The position numbers were made by a program, and so were the translations under genes. The notes beneath the pieces were generated by a model. It was not told the DNA's origin. It saw only the letters and a program-made list of their open reading frames with translations, and searched no databases. A stretch of DNA of 64,000 nt from Alphaproteobacteria bacterium (lineage in GTDB: Bacteria; Pseudomonadota; Alphaproteobacteria; CALKHQ01): assembly GCA_965227515.1 (NCBI GenBank), contig CBDDFZ010000001.1, positions 1,376,001-1,440,000 on the forward strand, written 5' to 3'. Of the stretch, positions 31,839 through 41,145 are shown piece after piece (position 1 is the first letter of the stretch; each line of letters starts with the position of its first letter).

Positions 31839-32252
31839 ATGATGGGTTCGATCAAGGTTCTGATCGTCGACGACATCCCAACCAACGTTGCGCTGATGCA
31901 GGCAACGCTGGAGGCGTTGTCGGTCACCGACCATGCCGACGTCGCCGAGGATGGAGCGACCGCCGTCGAACTGCTGAGCCGCACGGCCTATGACCTGGTG
32001 CTGCTGGATTTCCATCTGCCGGATATCGATGGCGCCGCGGTTATGGGCTGGATGAACGACAAGCTGATCCATCGCCCGAACATCGTGGTGATCAGCGCCG
32101 ACAACCGGACCTCGACAGTTCGCAGGGTCGAGGCTCTGGGCTGCGACGCCTTTCTGTGCAAGCCGGTGATGCTGGACGATCTTCGCGCCGTGCTTTCGCC
32201 GCTGGTCGCTGCCAGCCGCCGCCCGCACGTCGTCTACGCGGCCTGCAACTGA
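31839..32252 (+). CDS. Single-domain response regulator (CheY/DivK-like receiver)
   Basis: VLIVDD, DLVLLDFHLPDIDG, VISA and FLCKP motifs. Confidence 0.85.
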   Translation: MMGSIKVLIVDDIPTNVALMQATLEALSVTDHADVAEDGATAVELLSRTAYDLVLLDFHLPDIDGAAVMGWMNDKLIHRPNIVVISADNRTSTVRRVEALGCDAFLCKPVMLDDLRAVLSPLVAASRRPHVVYAACN

Positions 32253-32425
32253 CGGCGTTCCGGCGCGGCCGTCCCGTCGCGCCGGTTTCCCCACACCCGA
32301 CATAGCGGATTGCGCACGCTGAATCTGCGCCTGTCCCTGCCCTGGCAAAGCCGGGCGCCCTATCTTGAGATGCGGCGGCGGTGGCCGCCTTGGCAAGAGC
32401 GAACGAGCGGGCAAGGGGGGCTTCC

Positions 32426-33121
32426 ATGACTGACTATGCTTCGGCGCTGATCGTTGGCGCGGGCGACGGGTTGAGCGCGTCGGTCGCGCGCGCATTCCAT
32501 GGCGCCGGCATGAAGATCGCGCTGGCCGCGCGCAATACCGACAAGCTGGCTGCCCTGGCCGAGACCACGGGCGCGGCGACCGTCGCCTGCGATGCGTCGG
32601 ACCCGGCGTCGGTCGAAGCGATGTTCGAGGCAGCCGACGCCGCCATCGGCGCGCCCGAGGTGGTGGTCTACAATCCCAGCGCGCGGGTGCGCGGCCCGCT
32701 GGTCGACCTGGATCCGGTGGGCGTGCGCAACGCCATCGCGGTCTCGGCGTTCGGCGCGTTCCTGGTGGCGCAGCAGGCCGCGCGGCGGATGACGGCGGCC
32801 GGCAAGGGCGCGATCCTGCTGACCGGCGCGTCGGCCGGCGTGAAGGGGTTTCCGCAATCGGCGCCATTCGCCATGGGCAAGTTCGCGCTGCGCGGGCTCG
32901 CCCAGTCGATCGCCCGCGAACTGCAGCCGCAAAACATCCACGTCGCCCACTTCGTCATCGACGGCGCGATCCGCAACCCCGGTCGTACCGAGCCGGCGGA
33001 CCAGCCGGACTCGATGCTGGACCCGGATGCGATTGCCCGCACCTACCTCGCGACCCTGGAGCAGGACCGCAGCGCCTGGGCCTGGGAAATCGAGCTCCGC
33101 CCCTGGGTGGAGCGGTTTTAG
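32426..33121 (+). CDS. Short-chain dehydrogenase/reductase
   Basis: GAGDGLS, TGASA, FAMGKFALRGLAQS and IHVAHFVIDG motifs. Confidence 0.9.
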   Translation: MTDYASALIVGAGDGLSASVARAFHGAGMKIALAARNTDKLAALAETTGAATVACDASDPASVEAMFEAADAAIGAPEVVVYNPSARVRGPLVDLDPVGVRNAIAVSAFGAFLVAQQAARRMTAAGKGAILLTGASAGVKGFPQSAPFAMGKFALRGLAQSIARELQPQNIHVAHFVIDGAIRNPGRTEPADQPDSMLDPDAIARTYLATLEQDRSAWAWEIELRPWVERF

Positions 33122-33178
33122 GTCCCACTTCCGGCGTCGTGCCCGCATTGTTGCAGGGGGCTATTCAAGAACTCCATT

Positions 33179-33306
33179 GTCATGCTCGGGCTTGTCCCGC
33201 CTGCTTGGCCGAAGCCACTTCGGCGCGGCGAAGGCCCGAGCATCCGCGTCTTCTTGGCCGCTCAAGCGGCCATCTCGTGGATGCCCGCAACAAGTGCGGG
33301 CATGAC
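33179..33306. repeat. Family A repeat with nested hairpin
   Basis: GTCATGCTCGGGCTTGT[insert]CCCGAGCATCC ... GTGGATGCCCGCAACAAGTGCGGGCATGAC. Confidence 0.82.
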
Positions 33307-33372
33307 GAAAATGAATCACGGTGCGCACCACCCGCCGCCATTTCGCCACGGTCGCGTGGCAGAAACGGTGTC

Positions 33373-33789
33373 ATGAAACGCATCGGCATGATCGCGGGCA
33401 TGGCATTGCTGGCGGTGGGCGGCATAGCGCCGGCCCTGGCCCAGCAGGCCGACGACATCGAAGCGCCGGGCTGCCCCTACGACGCCACCGGCTATGAGCC
33501 CGGCGACATCTTCAACTGCTATTGCGATCCGTCCTATGCGGAGGGGGGCGCGGCCGTCTGGGGCACCGGCACCTATTCCGACGACAGCTCGGTTTGCCTT
33601 GCCGCCCGCCATGCCGGCCTGATCGGCGAGACCGGCGGCATGATCACGGTGCGCGTACTCGGCGGCTGCGACGCCTATGAGGGCAGCACCTCCAACGGCG
33701 TCATTTCCGACAGTTGGGGTGCCTGGGACGGAAGCTTCCACTTCCCCGGCGTCAGCGCCCCCACTTGCGAGGGCGGCCTGCCCCACTGA
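33373..33789 (+). CDS. Secreted LCCL-domain protein
   Basis: Signal peptide; VWGTGTYSDDSSVCLAARHAG and YEGSTSNGVIS..WG motifs. Confidence 0.85.
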   Translation: MKRIGMIAGMALLAVGGIAPALAQQADDIEAPGCPYDATGYEPGDIFNCYCDPSYAEGGAAVWGTGTYSDDSSVCLAARHAGLIGETGGMITVRVLGGCDAYEGSTSNGVISDSWGAWDGSFHFPGVSAPTCEGGLPH

Positions 33790-33895
33790 CCGCGGGTGCC
33801 GCTGCACGCAATCATCAGTGCCACAGCCTTCGGATAGGGCCATCGCGGACATGCCGTGGTCCGCGAACGAGGGCGCTTGCGCTCCAGCTCGTCGA

Positions 33896-33923
33896 TTGAA
33901 CCCATTCTGACGCCAACGCGACC
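33896..33923 (+). promoter_or_regulatory. Putative ECF-type promoter of RTX gene 3
   Basis: TTGAAC-N18-GACC, spacer ending in CGC as at 10544 and 12288. Confidence 0.4.
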
Positions 33924-33980
33924 CATAAGCCAACGCGCCAAATTTCCGCCTTATTCAACCAGGCGCGAAGGAGAAGAGAA

Positions 33981-34880
33981 ATGCGCTCAAATGGGATCGA
34001 GTTTCTGGCTCAATCGGACACAGACCCGGACTTTTTATCGAGCTTCAAGACGGACGACGACGTCGGTCGCTCTGACGGCATTGTCGACGGAGCCGATTTC
34101 GTGCACTGGCGCGAAAGCCTGGGCACGAGCGATGGCGGCGACCATTCATTCGGCGAAGGCGCGTCGGACCAGTTGCTGGCCGGCAACGGCGGTGACGACG
34201 ACGGTTATTCGTTCGGCCTGAAGCTGCCGCCACTGTTCACGATCGACGGTCTGTTTCCGATCGAAGGCGATGACGGCATGAATGTCCTCCACGGGACGGA
34301 CGGCGACGACATCATCTATGCCCACGGCGGCAACGACGACGTTTTCGGATATGCGGGCGTCGACCAACTCTACGGCGGCAACGGCCATGACTTCCTGTCT
34401 GGCGGCATAGGCAATGATTATTTGTCTGGCGGCGCTGGCAATGACGCCCTGTATGGCGACGACAACTGGACCGAAAGCGCCCAGGACGGCAACGACGTGC
34501 TATCCGGCGGCGACGGCAACGACGTCATGTGGGGCCAGGGCGGCAATGACATGCTGATCGGCGGCGACGGCGACAACACCTATTACGGCGGCACCGGCGA
34601 CGACCTGCTCGTCGGGTCCCACTTCGGCGACGAGATGTATGGCGGCGAGGGCGCCGATCGCTTCGCAAATATCGGTGTAGGCGTCGCGGATATCCAAGTC
34701 TTCGACTACAACTTCCAAGACGATGGAGATCTGGTCGACGGCGACAGCTTCATCTACTACGCCGGTGGTAATTATACAGGTGTGTACGAAGATGGATTCT
34801 TGAAATTTGTCCTGTGGGACTACAATGCCGAGGCCGATGGCATCGGCTATTTCGACTATTCGCTTGAGCCGGAAGTCTAG
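33981..34880 (+). CDS. RTX calcium-binding repeat protein (third)
   Basis: GGxGND repeats; N-terminal DGIVDGADFVHWRESLG; AGGAG RBS. Confidence 0.85.
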   Translation: MRSNGIEFLAQSDTDPDFLSSFKTDDDVGRSDGIVDGADFVHWRESLGTSDGGDHSFGEGASDQLLAGNGGDDDGYSFGLKLPPLFTIDGLFPIEGDDGMNVLHGTDGDDIIYAHGGNDDVFGYAGVDQLYGGNGHDFLSGGIGNDYLSGGAGNDALYGDDNWTESAQDGNDVLSGGDGNDVMWGQGGNDMLIGGDGDNTYYGGTGDDLLVGSHFGDEMYGGEGADRFANIGVGVADIQVFDYNFQDDGDLVDGDSFIYYAGGNYTGVYEDGFLKFVLWDYNAEADGIGYFDYSLEPEV

Positions 34881-34951
34881 ATTGTTTTTGGCTTACGCTG
34901 AGGCGGCACCGGGCGGGCCGTGCTGACCGGTGCCGCCTCAGCAAACACGAT

Positions 34952-35971
34952 CTACCCGCCCGTCACGTCCTTCCACACCGCGTCCAGCAGGCGCTGCGTC
35001 TTCAGCGTCGCCTCGACGTGGGCCTTCGCCTCGGCGTCCCGGCCACCGGCCACATAGGCCGCGAAATCCTCGATCATCATCACCGCCTGCGGCTGGGCCG
35101 CCGGGGTCGCGGTGTAGGTGAACCCGTCCGGGTTGGACACGCCGGTGCGGTGGGTGTAGCCGATCTTGTAGGCCGGGTCCTGGAACACCAGGCTGGCGCC
35201 GAAATCGAGCACGAAGTCCTGCATCACCATCACCCCGCTGGTGCCGAGCAGCGAGAAGTCCTGCAACAGCGAGCCGCAGGTGAAGCCGCAGTCGAAGCCG
35301 CTGGTCTCGCCGCTCTCGAACGCGACCAGGCCGGCAATGCGGATCACCGAGCCGGTGCCGGGGTCGCGCTCGATGGCGGTCGCAACCTTGCTCAGCGGGC
35401 CGCTGGGCTGCAGGTATTCCACGATCGCGCGCAGCGAGTACCAGCCCAGGTCCCCCAGCACGCCGGTCGGCTCCTGGCTCTCGTCGAAGCGGATGTTGTC
35501 GCGGTCCTCGAACGGGAAATAGAACTTGGTCTCCAGCGAGCGGGGGGTGCCGATCTGGCCCGGAATCGCCGCCTTGATCGCTGCCGTGCGCGGGTTGTGC
35601 ACGAAGTGGGTGCCGTCCATGAACACCAGGCCCGCGGCGTGGCAGGCGTCGGCCATGCGCTTGAGCGAAGCCTCGTTGGCGAACGGCTTGTCGACAAGCA
35701 GGTGCTTGCCGGCGGCCACCGCCTTCATGGCGATATCCTCCTTCGCCACCGTCGGGGTGCCGATGAAGACCGCGTCGACATCGTCGCGCGCCAGCATGGC
35801 GTCGGTGCCTTCGACGGCGGCGGCATCGCAGTCGCGCGCCGCCACGAAGGCGTCGGCGGTCGCCTGGCTGCGGCTGCACACGGCCGCCAGCCGGGCGCCC
35901 TTCGATTCGATGATGGCATCGGCGATGGCGCCGCCAATGAAGCCCGTTCCAACGGTTGCGATGTTCAGCAC
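34952..35971 (-). CDS. Gfo/Idh/MocA oxidoreductase
   Basis: VGTGFIG, GKHLLVDKP and GVLGDLGWY motifs. Confidence 0.88.
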   Translation of the reverse strand: MLNIATVGTGFIGGAIADAIIESKGARLAAVCSRSQATADAFVAARDCDAAAVEGTDAMLARDDVDAVFIGTPTVAKEDIAMKAVAAGKHLLVDKPFANEASLKRMADACHAAGLVFMDGTHFVHNPRTAAIKAAIPGQIGTPRSLETKFYFPFEDRDNIRFDESQEPTGVLGDLGWYSLRAIVEYLQPSGPLSKVATAIERDPGTGSVIRIAGLVAFESGETSGFDCGFTCGSLLQDFSLLGTSGVMVMQDFVLDFGASLVFQDPAYKIGYTHRTGVSNPDGFTYTATPAAQPQAVMMIEDFAAYVAGGRDAEAKAHVEATLKTQRLLDAVWKDVTGG

Positions 35972-36060
35972 GGTCGTGGTCTCACTCTGCTAGCAGTCAA
36001 GGTATCGATGAACGTTGCGCCCGGGCATCTCCGGTGGGGCCAACACAAGCGGGGGTGACC

Positions 36061-36402
36061 TCAGATGGGCGGCAAATCGGGGCGGCGCACCCGCGCGATG
36101 CCCCCCGGCGAGATGCGCCAACGCACGCGGCCGCGAATGCGGTCGGGCGGGACTGTACCCAACGCTTCGGCGGAGGTCGACTCCGGCGACAGGCCGTACA
36201 ACGGAACGCGCCCGTCAGGCCCGGGTGGCCCGATGCATTTGACGATCGCGCCATATGCCGGGTGGTCGACCAGAACGACATCGCCCGCCTGAAGCGGCGG
36301 GCGATGGGATTGTCCGAGGCGAACGACGGCATAGTCGCCATCGTCCAGCAGCGGCGTCATGCTGCGGCCGGTAACCCTGATCAGGCGCCAGCCGAACGGC
36401 AT
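36061..36402 (-). CDS. sodX: Nickel-SOD maturation peptidase (S26-like)
   Basis: VTGRSMTPLL.DGD, GDVVLVDHP and IVK motifs; directly downstream of sodN. Confidence 0.82.
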   Translation of the reverse strand: MPFGWRLIRVTGRSMTPLLDDGDYAVVRLGQSHRPPLQAGDVVLVDHPAYGAIVKCIGPPGPDGRVPLYGLSPESTSAEALGTVPPDRIRGRVRWRISPGGIARVRRPDLPPI

Positions 36403-36409
36403 GGGTGCG

Positions 36410-36901
36410 TTACAGGACCGGGTAGACCACGTCCAGCGACGGCGGGTAGGGGCAGGTCTTGCGTTCGGTCTTGACGTCCTTGGTGTCCCAGAACGCCTCG
36501 GCGAACTGGTTCACCAGCTCCACCAGTTCGACGCCCTTGGCCCGATCCGCGCCCTGCTTGCAGGCGCTGCCGGTCAGCATGATCTTGTGGACCAGCTCGT
36601 TGGTGTTCGGGTGCTTCTCGAACTGCGGCGCCTTGAAATAGTCGCCCCAGATGATGCGGATCTCGTGCTTGACCTTCTCCGCTTCCTCTTCCTTGCGCAT
36701 CACGCAGCGGGCAATGGTGTTCTGGCCCTCCAGGCCGCCCTTGTCCGCGTTCTCCGCCATGATGTCCATCAGGCGCACCACCGACAGGGCGGCGATGATC
36801 GCGGTCGACGGGTCATAGATCTTGCAGGGTATGTCGCAGTGGGCGGCAGCGGTCGGCAGGCCGACGGCCTTGTCCACCACCTTGATCAGATTGTGAATCA
36901 C
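36410..36901 (-). CDS. sodN: Nickel superoxide dismutase
   Basis: 20-aa leader, then Ni-hook HCDIPCKIYDP; IIWGDYFK and FAEAFWDTK motifs; GTG after GAGG. Confidence 0.95.
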   Translation of the reverse strand: MIHNLIKVVDKAVGLPTAAAHCDIPCKIYDPSTAIIAALSVVRLMDIMAENADKGGLEGQNTIARCVMRKEEEAEKVKHEIRIIWGDYFKAPQFEKHPNTNELVHKIMLTGSACKQGADRAKGVELVELVNQFAEAFWDTKDVKTERKTCPYPPSLDVVYPVL

Positions 36902-37009
36902 GTCTTCCTCCTCGGGGCGAACGCCACGGCCGTCACTGGCCGGCGGTTGCCCGGTGTTGTACGCGGCGTGTGAGGTCGGCGGTGCTCATTGCGGCACCGC
37001 CCGGCGGCG

Positions 37010-37231
37010 CTAGCGGTTGCGCTTGGCGACGCCGGCACGGCGACGGCCGCGCAACTGGTTGAACGCCCAGACAGCCGAGGCCGCCACCACGACAGCCGCG
37101 GCCGCCAGCAACACGCTCGTCTCCCCGCCGGACGCGGCAGCGGTCTCGTGACCGGGATGCGCCCAAGACAGGGATGGTAGCACCACGCCCACGGCAAGGG
37201 CGGTCAATCCAACGTTCAGACGGTTCGGCAA
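37010..37231 (-). CDS. Small membrane protein with mature N-terminal HPGH motif
   Basis: AAGGAGG RBS plus TTG; signal peptide ending SWA, then HPGHE, one TM and a basic tail. Confidence 0.7.
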   Translation of the reverse strand: MPNRLNVGLTALAVGVVLPSLSWAHPGHETAAASGGETSVLLAAAAVVVAASAVWAFNQLRGRRRAGVAKRNR

Positions 37232-37278
37232 GTCAGCCTCCTTCGGGTATGCAGGACTGCATCAAATCATTCGGTGGT

Positions 37279-37389
37279 CTTCACCAGCCCGCTCCCAAGC
37301 CCGGCCATCCCGGGGCTGCGTATCCGCAAGGCCACCGGTCGGATCACCGGGCGTGGGTGCGGGCGGGCGCGCCCTTCGCCCCGGTGAAG
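37279..37389 (-). ncRNA. Candidate structured 5' leader of the sodN operon
   Basis: Nested pairings CUUCACCGG/CUGGUGAAG, GCCCGCACCCA/UGGGAGCGGGC, GCCCGGU/GCCGGGC and UGCG/CGCA, identified by eye. Confidence 0.45.
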
Positions 37390-37415
37390 TTTGCAGGGCG
37401 AAGTGCGCAGGGCGA

Positions 37416-37448
37416 AGTCTGCCATTCAGATTTTGAGAATGCAACGCA
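37416..37448 (-). promoter_or_regulatory. Sigma70-like promoter overlapped by a Fur-family box
   Basis: Minus strand TTGCAT-N17-CAGACT; TGCGTTGCATTCTCA overlaps the -35. Confidence 0.55.
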
Positions 37449-37502
37449 CCGGCCCCCTGAATTGTTCCCGGGGCAATGATCCACGCGAGCTTGTGACTTG
37501 GG

Positions 37503-38627
37503 TCAGAAGCGGCAGCCGAGGCTTTCGCAGACCAGGGCGCGCAACCGGTGGAACGCGGTCAGCCCGTTCGGAACGTCGCTGTTGTAGAGCGCCACCACCG
37601 TCATGCCGTCGGGGAACCGGGCGACGAAGCTGAAGATGCCGGCCATGAACCCGGCATGGGTGATGTAGGCCTCGCCACTGCCCTCATCGGGGTAGGTCCA
37701 TGCGTGCCAGCCCAGGCGATAGAAGTCCGCCGCGTCCCCCACACCCTGCGGGGCGTCGAACAGTCGCGGGTCGCGCGGGGCGGCCGCGAAGGCCCAGTAA
37801 TCGCGCGCGCTTGCCGCCCAGCCGCCGGCGCCGGCCAGCCGCGCGAACTGATGGCGGTCGCGCGGCCGGTCCCACACCCGGGCCAGGCCGTCGCCGGTGT
37901 GTTGCCAGTGCACCGGCGCATCGGGCGCGCCGGCCGGCGGCGCGAAGGCGAAGCTCGCGATGCCCAGCTGGGCCGCGATCTCGTCCAGGATGTAGGCGTC
38001 GTAGGGCTGGCCGCTGGCGGCGGTGACAATCAGCGTCAGCAGGCAGTAGCCGTAATTGGAGTAGACCTGAGCGGTCTGAGGCGCGAAATCGAGCGGCACG
38101 TCGATCAACGCGTGCGCCAGTGTTTCGCAATCGGTGCTCGGGTCGAGCGCGGGGTCGAATTCCTGCGGCGGGGTGAAGATGGGGTCGAAGCTGGCGCCCC
38201 TGTCCCAGCCGCCGGTGTGGTCGACCAGGGCGTGGACCGGCAGGGCCGGAATGCGCTGGTCTGCGGCCGCGGCGAGCCAGGGCAGATACTGCACGATGGG
38301 GTCGTCCAGGCTCAGCCTGCCGGCCGCCTCCAGGCGCAGGATGGCTTCGCCGGTCAGCGGCTTCGACAGCGAGGCGATGCGCAGCACGGCATCCGCCGGC
38401 ATGGCGGCCTCGGCATGCGGGTCGGCGTGGCCGAACGCATGCACAGTCGGTGCCTCGCCGGCATGGCCATAGACCAGCACGCCGCCGGGGATGGCGTACT
38501 CGGTCGCGAACCGCTCGGCCTGGGTTTCCAGCATCGGTGTCTTCAGCAGCCAAACGGCCAGCGACGCGGCGGCCAGGGCCGCGATGGCGGGCAGATAAAG
38601 GCGCATGCGGTGTTTCGGGACGGCCAT
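37503..38627 (-). CDS. Serine hydrolase (class C beta-lactamase-like)
   Basis: SxxK in RIASLSK, HTGG, YSNYGY and HAG motifs; N-terminal TM. Confidence 0.85.
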   Translation of the reverse strand: MAVPKHRMRLYLPAIAALAAASLAVWLLKTPMLETQAERFATEYAIPGGVLVYGHAGEAPTVHAFGHADPHAEAAMPADAVLRIASLSKPLTGEAILRLEAAGRLSLDDPIVQYLPWLAAAADQRIPALPVHALVDHTGGWDRGASFDPIFTPPQEFDPALDPSTDCETLAHALIDVPLDFAPQTAQVYSNYGYCLLTLIVTAASGQPYDAYILDEIAAQLGIASFAFAPPAGAPDAPVHWQHTGDGLARVWDRPRDRHQFARLAGAGGWAASARDYWAFAAAPRDPRLFDAPQGVGDAADFYRLGWHAWTYPDEGSGEAYITHAGFMAGIFSFVARFPDGMTVVALYNSDVPNGLTAFHRLRALVCESLGCRF

Positions 38628-38655
38628 GGCCACCAAACTACCCGCGCCAATCCTA

Positions 38656-39042
38656 CTATTCCGTTGTCGGCAGCCTGAGGGGCGGGGTGCGGACGCTGAT
38701 CCTGTCCGCGAGCCCGCCCTCGAACGGTGTCTCGTCGACGTCGCCATCGGGGGCGTCCAGATAGGCCGCGGCGAAGGCGATCACGTCCGCGGCGTCGGCC
38801 TCGCTCAGCCGGCTGAACCGGTAGGTGATCTTGTTGTGGCCGCGCAGGGCAGCGTTGCACGGGTTCATGCAGCCGTTCAGGCACGGCACGATACGGACTT
38901 CCAGCTTCGGACACGCCTCCGGTGCCGCCGCCAGCACCGCGTCGGCCAGCTGCCGGCCGAAGGTGCGGCCGTCGCGCGCCGGCGGCCCATAGCGGTCGCA
39001 GGTCTCGCAGAGATAGAGGCGCCCGTCGCCGAGCGCGCTCAT
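38656..39042 (-). CDS. DUF1636 family Cys-rich metal-binding protein
   Basis: CETC...CLNGC.NPC and K.TY.F motifs. Confidence 0.8.
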   Translation of the reverse strand: MSALGDGRLYLCETCDRYGPPARDGRTFGRQLADAVLAAAPEACPKLEVRIVPCLNGCMNPCNAALRGHNKITYRFSRLSEADAADVIAFAAAYLDAPDGDVDETPFEGGLADRISVRTPPLRLPTTE

Positions 39043-39129
39043 CGGCCTGAATTCCGTTGCGCGACGGCGGCGCGCGCACCCGCTAGACTGCGCCGCTCGC
39101 GCCTGGAGCCATCAGAAAGACCTGCTGTC

Positions 39130-40323
39130 ATGCTACGTGCCTACATCGTCGGAACCGCCGACACCAAGGGCCAGGAACTGGCCTACGTCAAGGGGTTGAT
39201 CGAGGCGGAGGGCGTGGCCGCCTGCCTGGTCGATGTCGGGATCAGGAGCGATGGGGCTAGCGCCGACGTGACGCCGGGTCAGGTCGCGGCGCACCATCCG
39301 GATGGGCCGGATGCCGTTTTTGGCGACGACCGTGGTGCGGCGGTGGCCGCGATGGCGGTGGCGCTGGAGCGGTTCATCGCCACCCGCGACGACGTCGGCG
39401 GCATCCTGGGGCTCGGCGGGTCCGGCGGCACGGCGCTGATCACGCCGGCGATGCGGGCCCTGCCTATCGGCGTGCCGAAGCTGATGGTCTCCACCGTCGC
39501 GTCGGGCAACGTAGCACCCTATGTCGGCCCCGCCGATATCGCGATGATGTACTCGGTGACCGATGTCGCCGGCCTCAACCGCATCTCGCGCCGGGTGCTG
39601 GGCAACGCCGCCCACGCGCTCGCCGGCATGGTGGCGCACCCGGTGCCGGCCGATGCCGGCGACCGCCCGGCGATCGGGCTCACCATGTTCGGGGTGACGA
39701 CGGCATGCGTCGAGCAGGTCACCGCCAGGCTGGGCGATGCCTATGACTGCCTGGTGTTCCACGCCACCGGCACCGGCGGGCGCTCGATGGAGAAGCTGGT
39801 CGGCTCCGGGCTGGTCGGCGGCGTGCTCGACATCACCACCACCGAGGTGGCTGACGAGCTGATGGGCGGGGTGTTCAGCGCCGGCGCCGACCGGTTCGAC
39901 GTCTATGCCGACGCCGCCGTGCCCTATGTCGGCTCCTGCGGCGCGCTCGACATGGTGAATTTCGGCGCGCGCGAGACGGTGCCGGCGCGCTACGAGGGCC
40001 GCACCTTCTACGTCCACAACCCGCAGGTGACGCTGATGCGCACGACCGCCGCCGAGAATGCGGAGATGGGGCGCTGGATCGCGGCCAAGCTCAACCGCAT
40101 GGCCGGCCCGGTGCGCTTCCTGCTGCCCGAGGGCGGGGTCAGCGCCATCGACGCACCCGGCCAGCCGTTCCACGACCCGGCAGCCGACGCCGCCCTGTTC
40201 GAGGCGCTGGAAGGCGCGTTCGAGGCGACGGCCGACCGCCAGCTCATCCGCCTGCCGCACCACATCAACGACGCCGCGTTCGCCGATGCGCTGGTGGCGC
40301 ATTTCGGCGAGATCGCGGTATAG
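39130..40323 (+). CDS. Tm-1-like/UPF0261 protein
   Basis: [37 protein letters not shown] and [10 protein letters not shown] motifs. Confidence 0.9.
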   Translation: MLRAYIVGTADTKGQELAYVKGLIEAEGVAACLVDVGIRSDGASADVTPGQVAAHHPDGPDAVFGDDRGAAVAAMAVALERFIATRDDVGGILGLGGSGGTALITPAMRALPIGVPKLMVSTVASGNVAPYVGPADIAMMYSVTDVAGLNRISRRVLGNAAHALAGMVAHPVPADAGDRPAIGLTMFGVTTACVEQVTARLGDAYDCLVFHATGTGGRSMEKLVGSGLVGGVLDITTTEVADELMGGVFSAGADRFDVYADAAVPYVGSCGALDMVNFGARETVPARYEGRTFYVHNPQVTLMRTTAAENAEMGRWIAAKLNRMAGPVRFLLPEGGVSAIDAPGQPFHDPAADAALFEALEGAFEATADRQLIRLPHHINDAAFADALVAHFGEIAV

Positions 40324-40356
40324 GTCGGCAACCGCGTTTTTTCATTTTCGTTCAAT

Positions 40357-40440
40357 TCGGCACCGGCCCTCGCCCCCACCCGGCCACCCAGACAGGATAC
40401 TACCGTTGGGTGGCCGGGTGGGGGCGAGGGCTGGCGCCGA
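40357..40440. repeat. Family C hairpin repeat
   Basis: TCGGCACCGGCCCTCGCCCCCACCCGGCCACCCA-loop-TGGGTGGCCGGGTGGGGGCGAGGGCTGGCGCCGA. Confidence 0.85.
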
Positions 40441-40474
40441 CTTCCGCGCAAGCGGACAAAAAGGGAGGATGGCC

Positions 40475-40912
40475 ATGGCCAGGGTGTATGTCAGCAGCGT
40501 GATCGACGCCGAACCGGATGCGGTGTGGGCGGTGATCAGGGACTTCAACGGGCTGCCGAACTGGCACCCCGCCATTGCCGACAGCCGGATCGAGAACGAC
40601 GAACCCGCCGATCGGGTGGGGTGCGTCCGCAACTTCAACCTGAAGGACGGCGGCAATATCCGCGAGCAACTGCTGACGCTGTCCGACAACGAATACGCCT
40701 GCACCTATTCGATCCTGGAATCGCCGATGGGGGTCGAGGAGTACATCGCCACCCTGCAGCTGACCCCGATCACCGACGGCGGGCGCTCATTCATCGAATG
40801 GTCGGCCGACTTCTGGTGCGATGCGGAGCGCGAGGACGAGCTGGTCGACACCATCGGCAATGGCGTGTTCCAGGGCGGCTTCGATGCTTTGAAGGAACGG
40901 TTGGGCAAGTAG
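40475..40912 (+). CDS. SRPBCC family protein
   Basis: VWAVIRDFNGLPNWHP, VGCVRNF and IREQLL motifs; GGAGG RBS. Confidence 0.88.
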   Translation: MARVYVSSVIDAEPDAVWAVIRDFNGLPNWHPAIADSRIENDEPADRVGCVRNFNLKDGGNIREQLLTLSDNEYACTYSILESPMGVEEYIATLQLTPITDGGRSFIEWSADFWCDAEREDELVDTIGNGVFQGGFDALKERLGK

Positions 40913-40938
40913 CCACCAAGGAACTTGAGCAGAGAAGG

Positions 40939-41076
40939 CCCTCACCCTCCCAGCCTTCGGCTGGGCCCCTCCCTCTCCCGAAATGGGAGAGGGGTTCATG
41001 GCGCGGCGGAGAGTCCCCTCTCCCATTTCGGGAGAGGGAGGGGCCCGACCGGCAACGCCGGGCGGGAGGGTGAGGG
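40939..41076. repeat. Family D palindromic doublet between convergent genes
   Basis: CCCTCACCCTCCC...CCCTCTCCCGAAATGGGAGAGGGG followed by its inverted copy. Confidence 0.85.
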
Positions 41077-41145
41077 GTACTTCGCGCCGCTCGATTCTTG
41101 CTCGACCTGCATCCGGGGAAGCGGATAGACGGCGCGCGGCCCGGC

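Noticed and set aside
37279-37389. SRP RNA, 6S RNA or NiCo riboswitch identity for the long hairpin
   Set aside because: It lacks the SRP domain IV motif and the conserved 6S and czcD motifs as I recall them; kept only as an unassigned structure.
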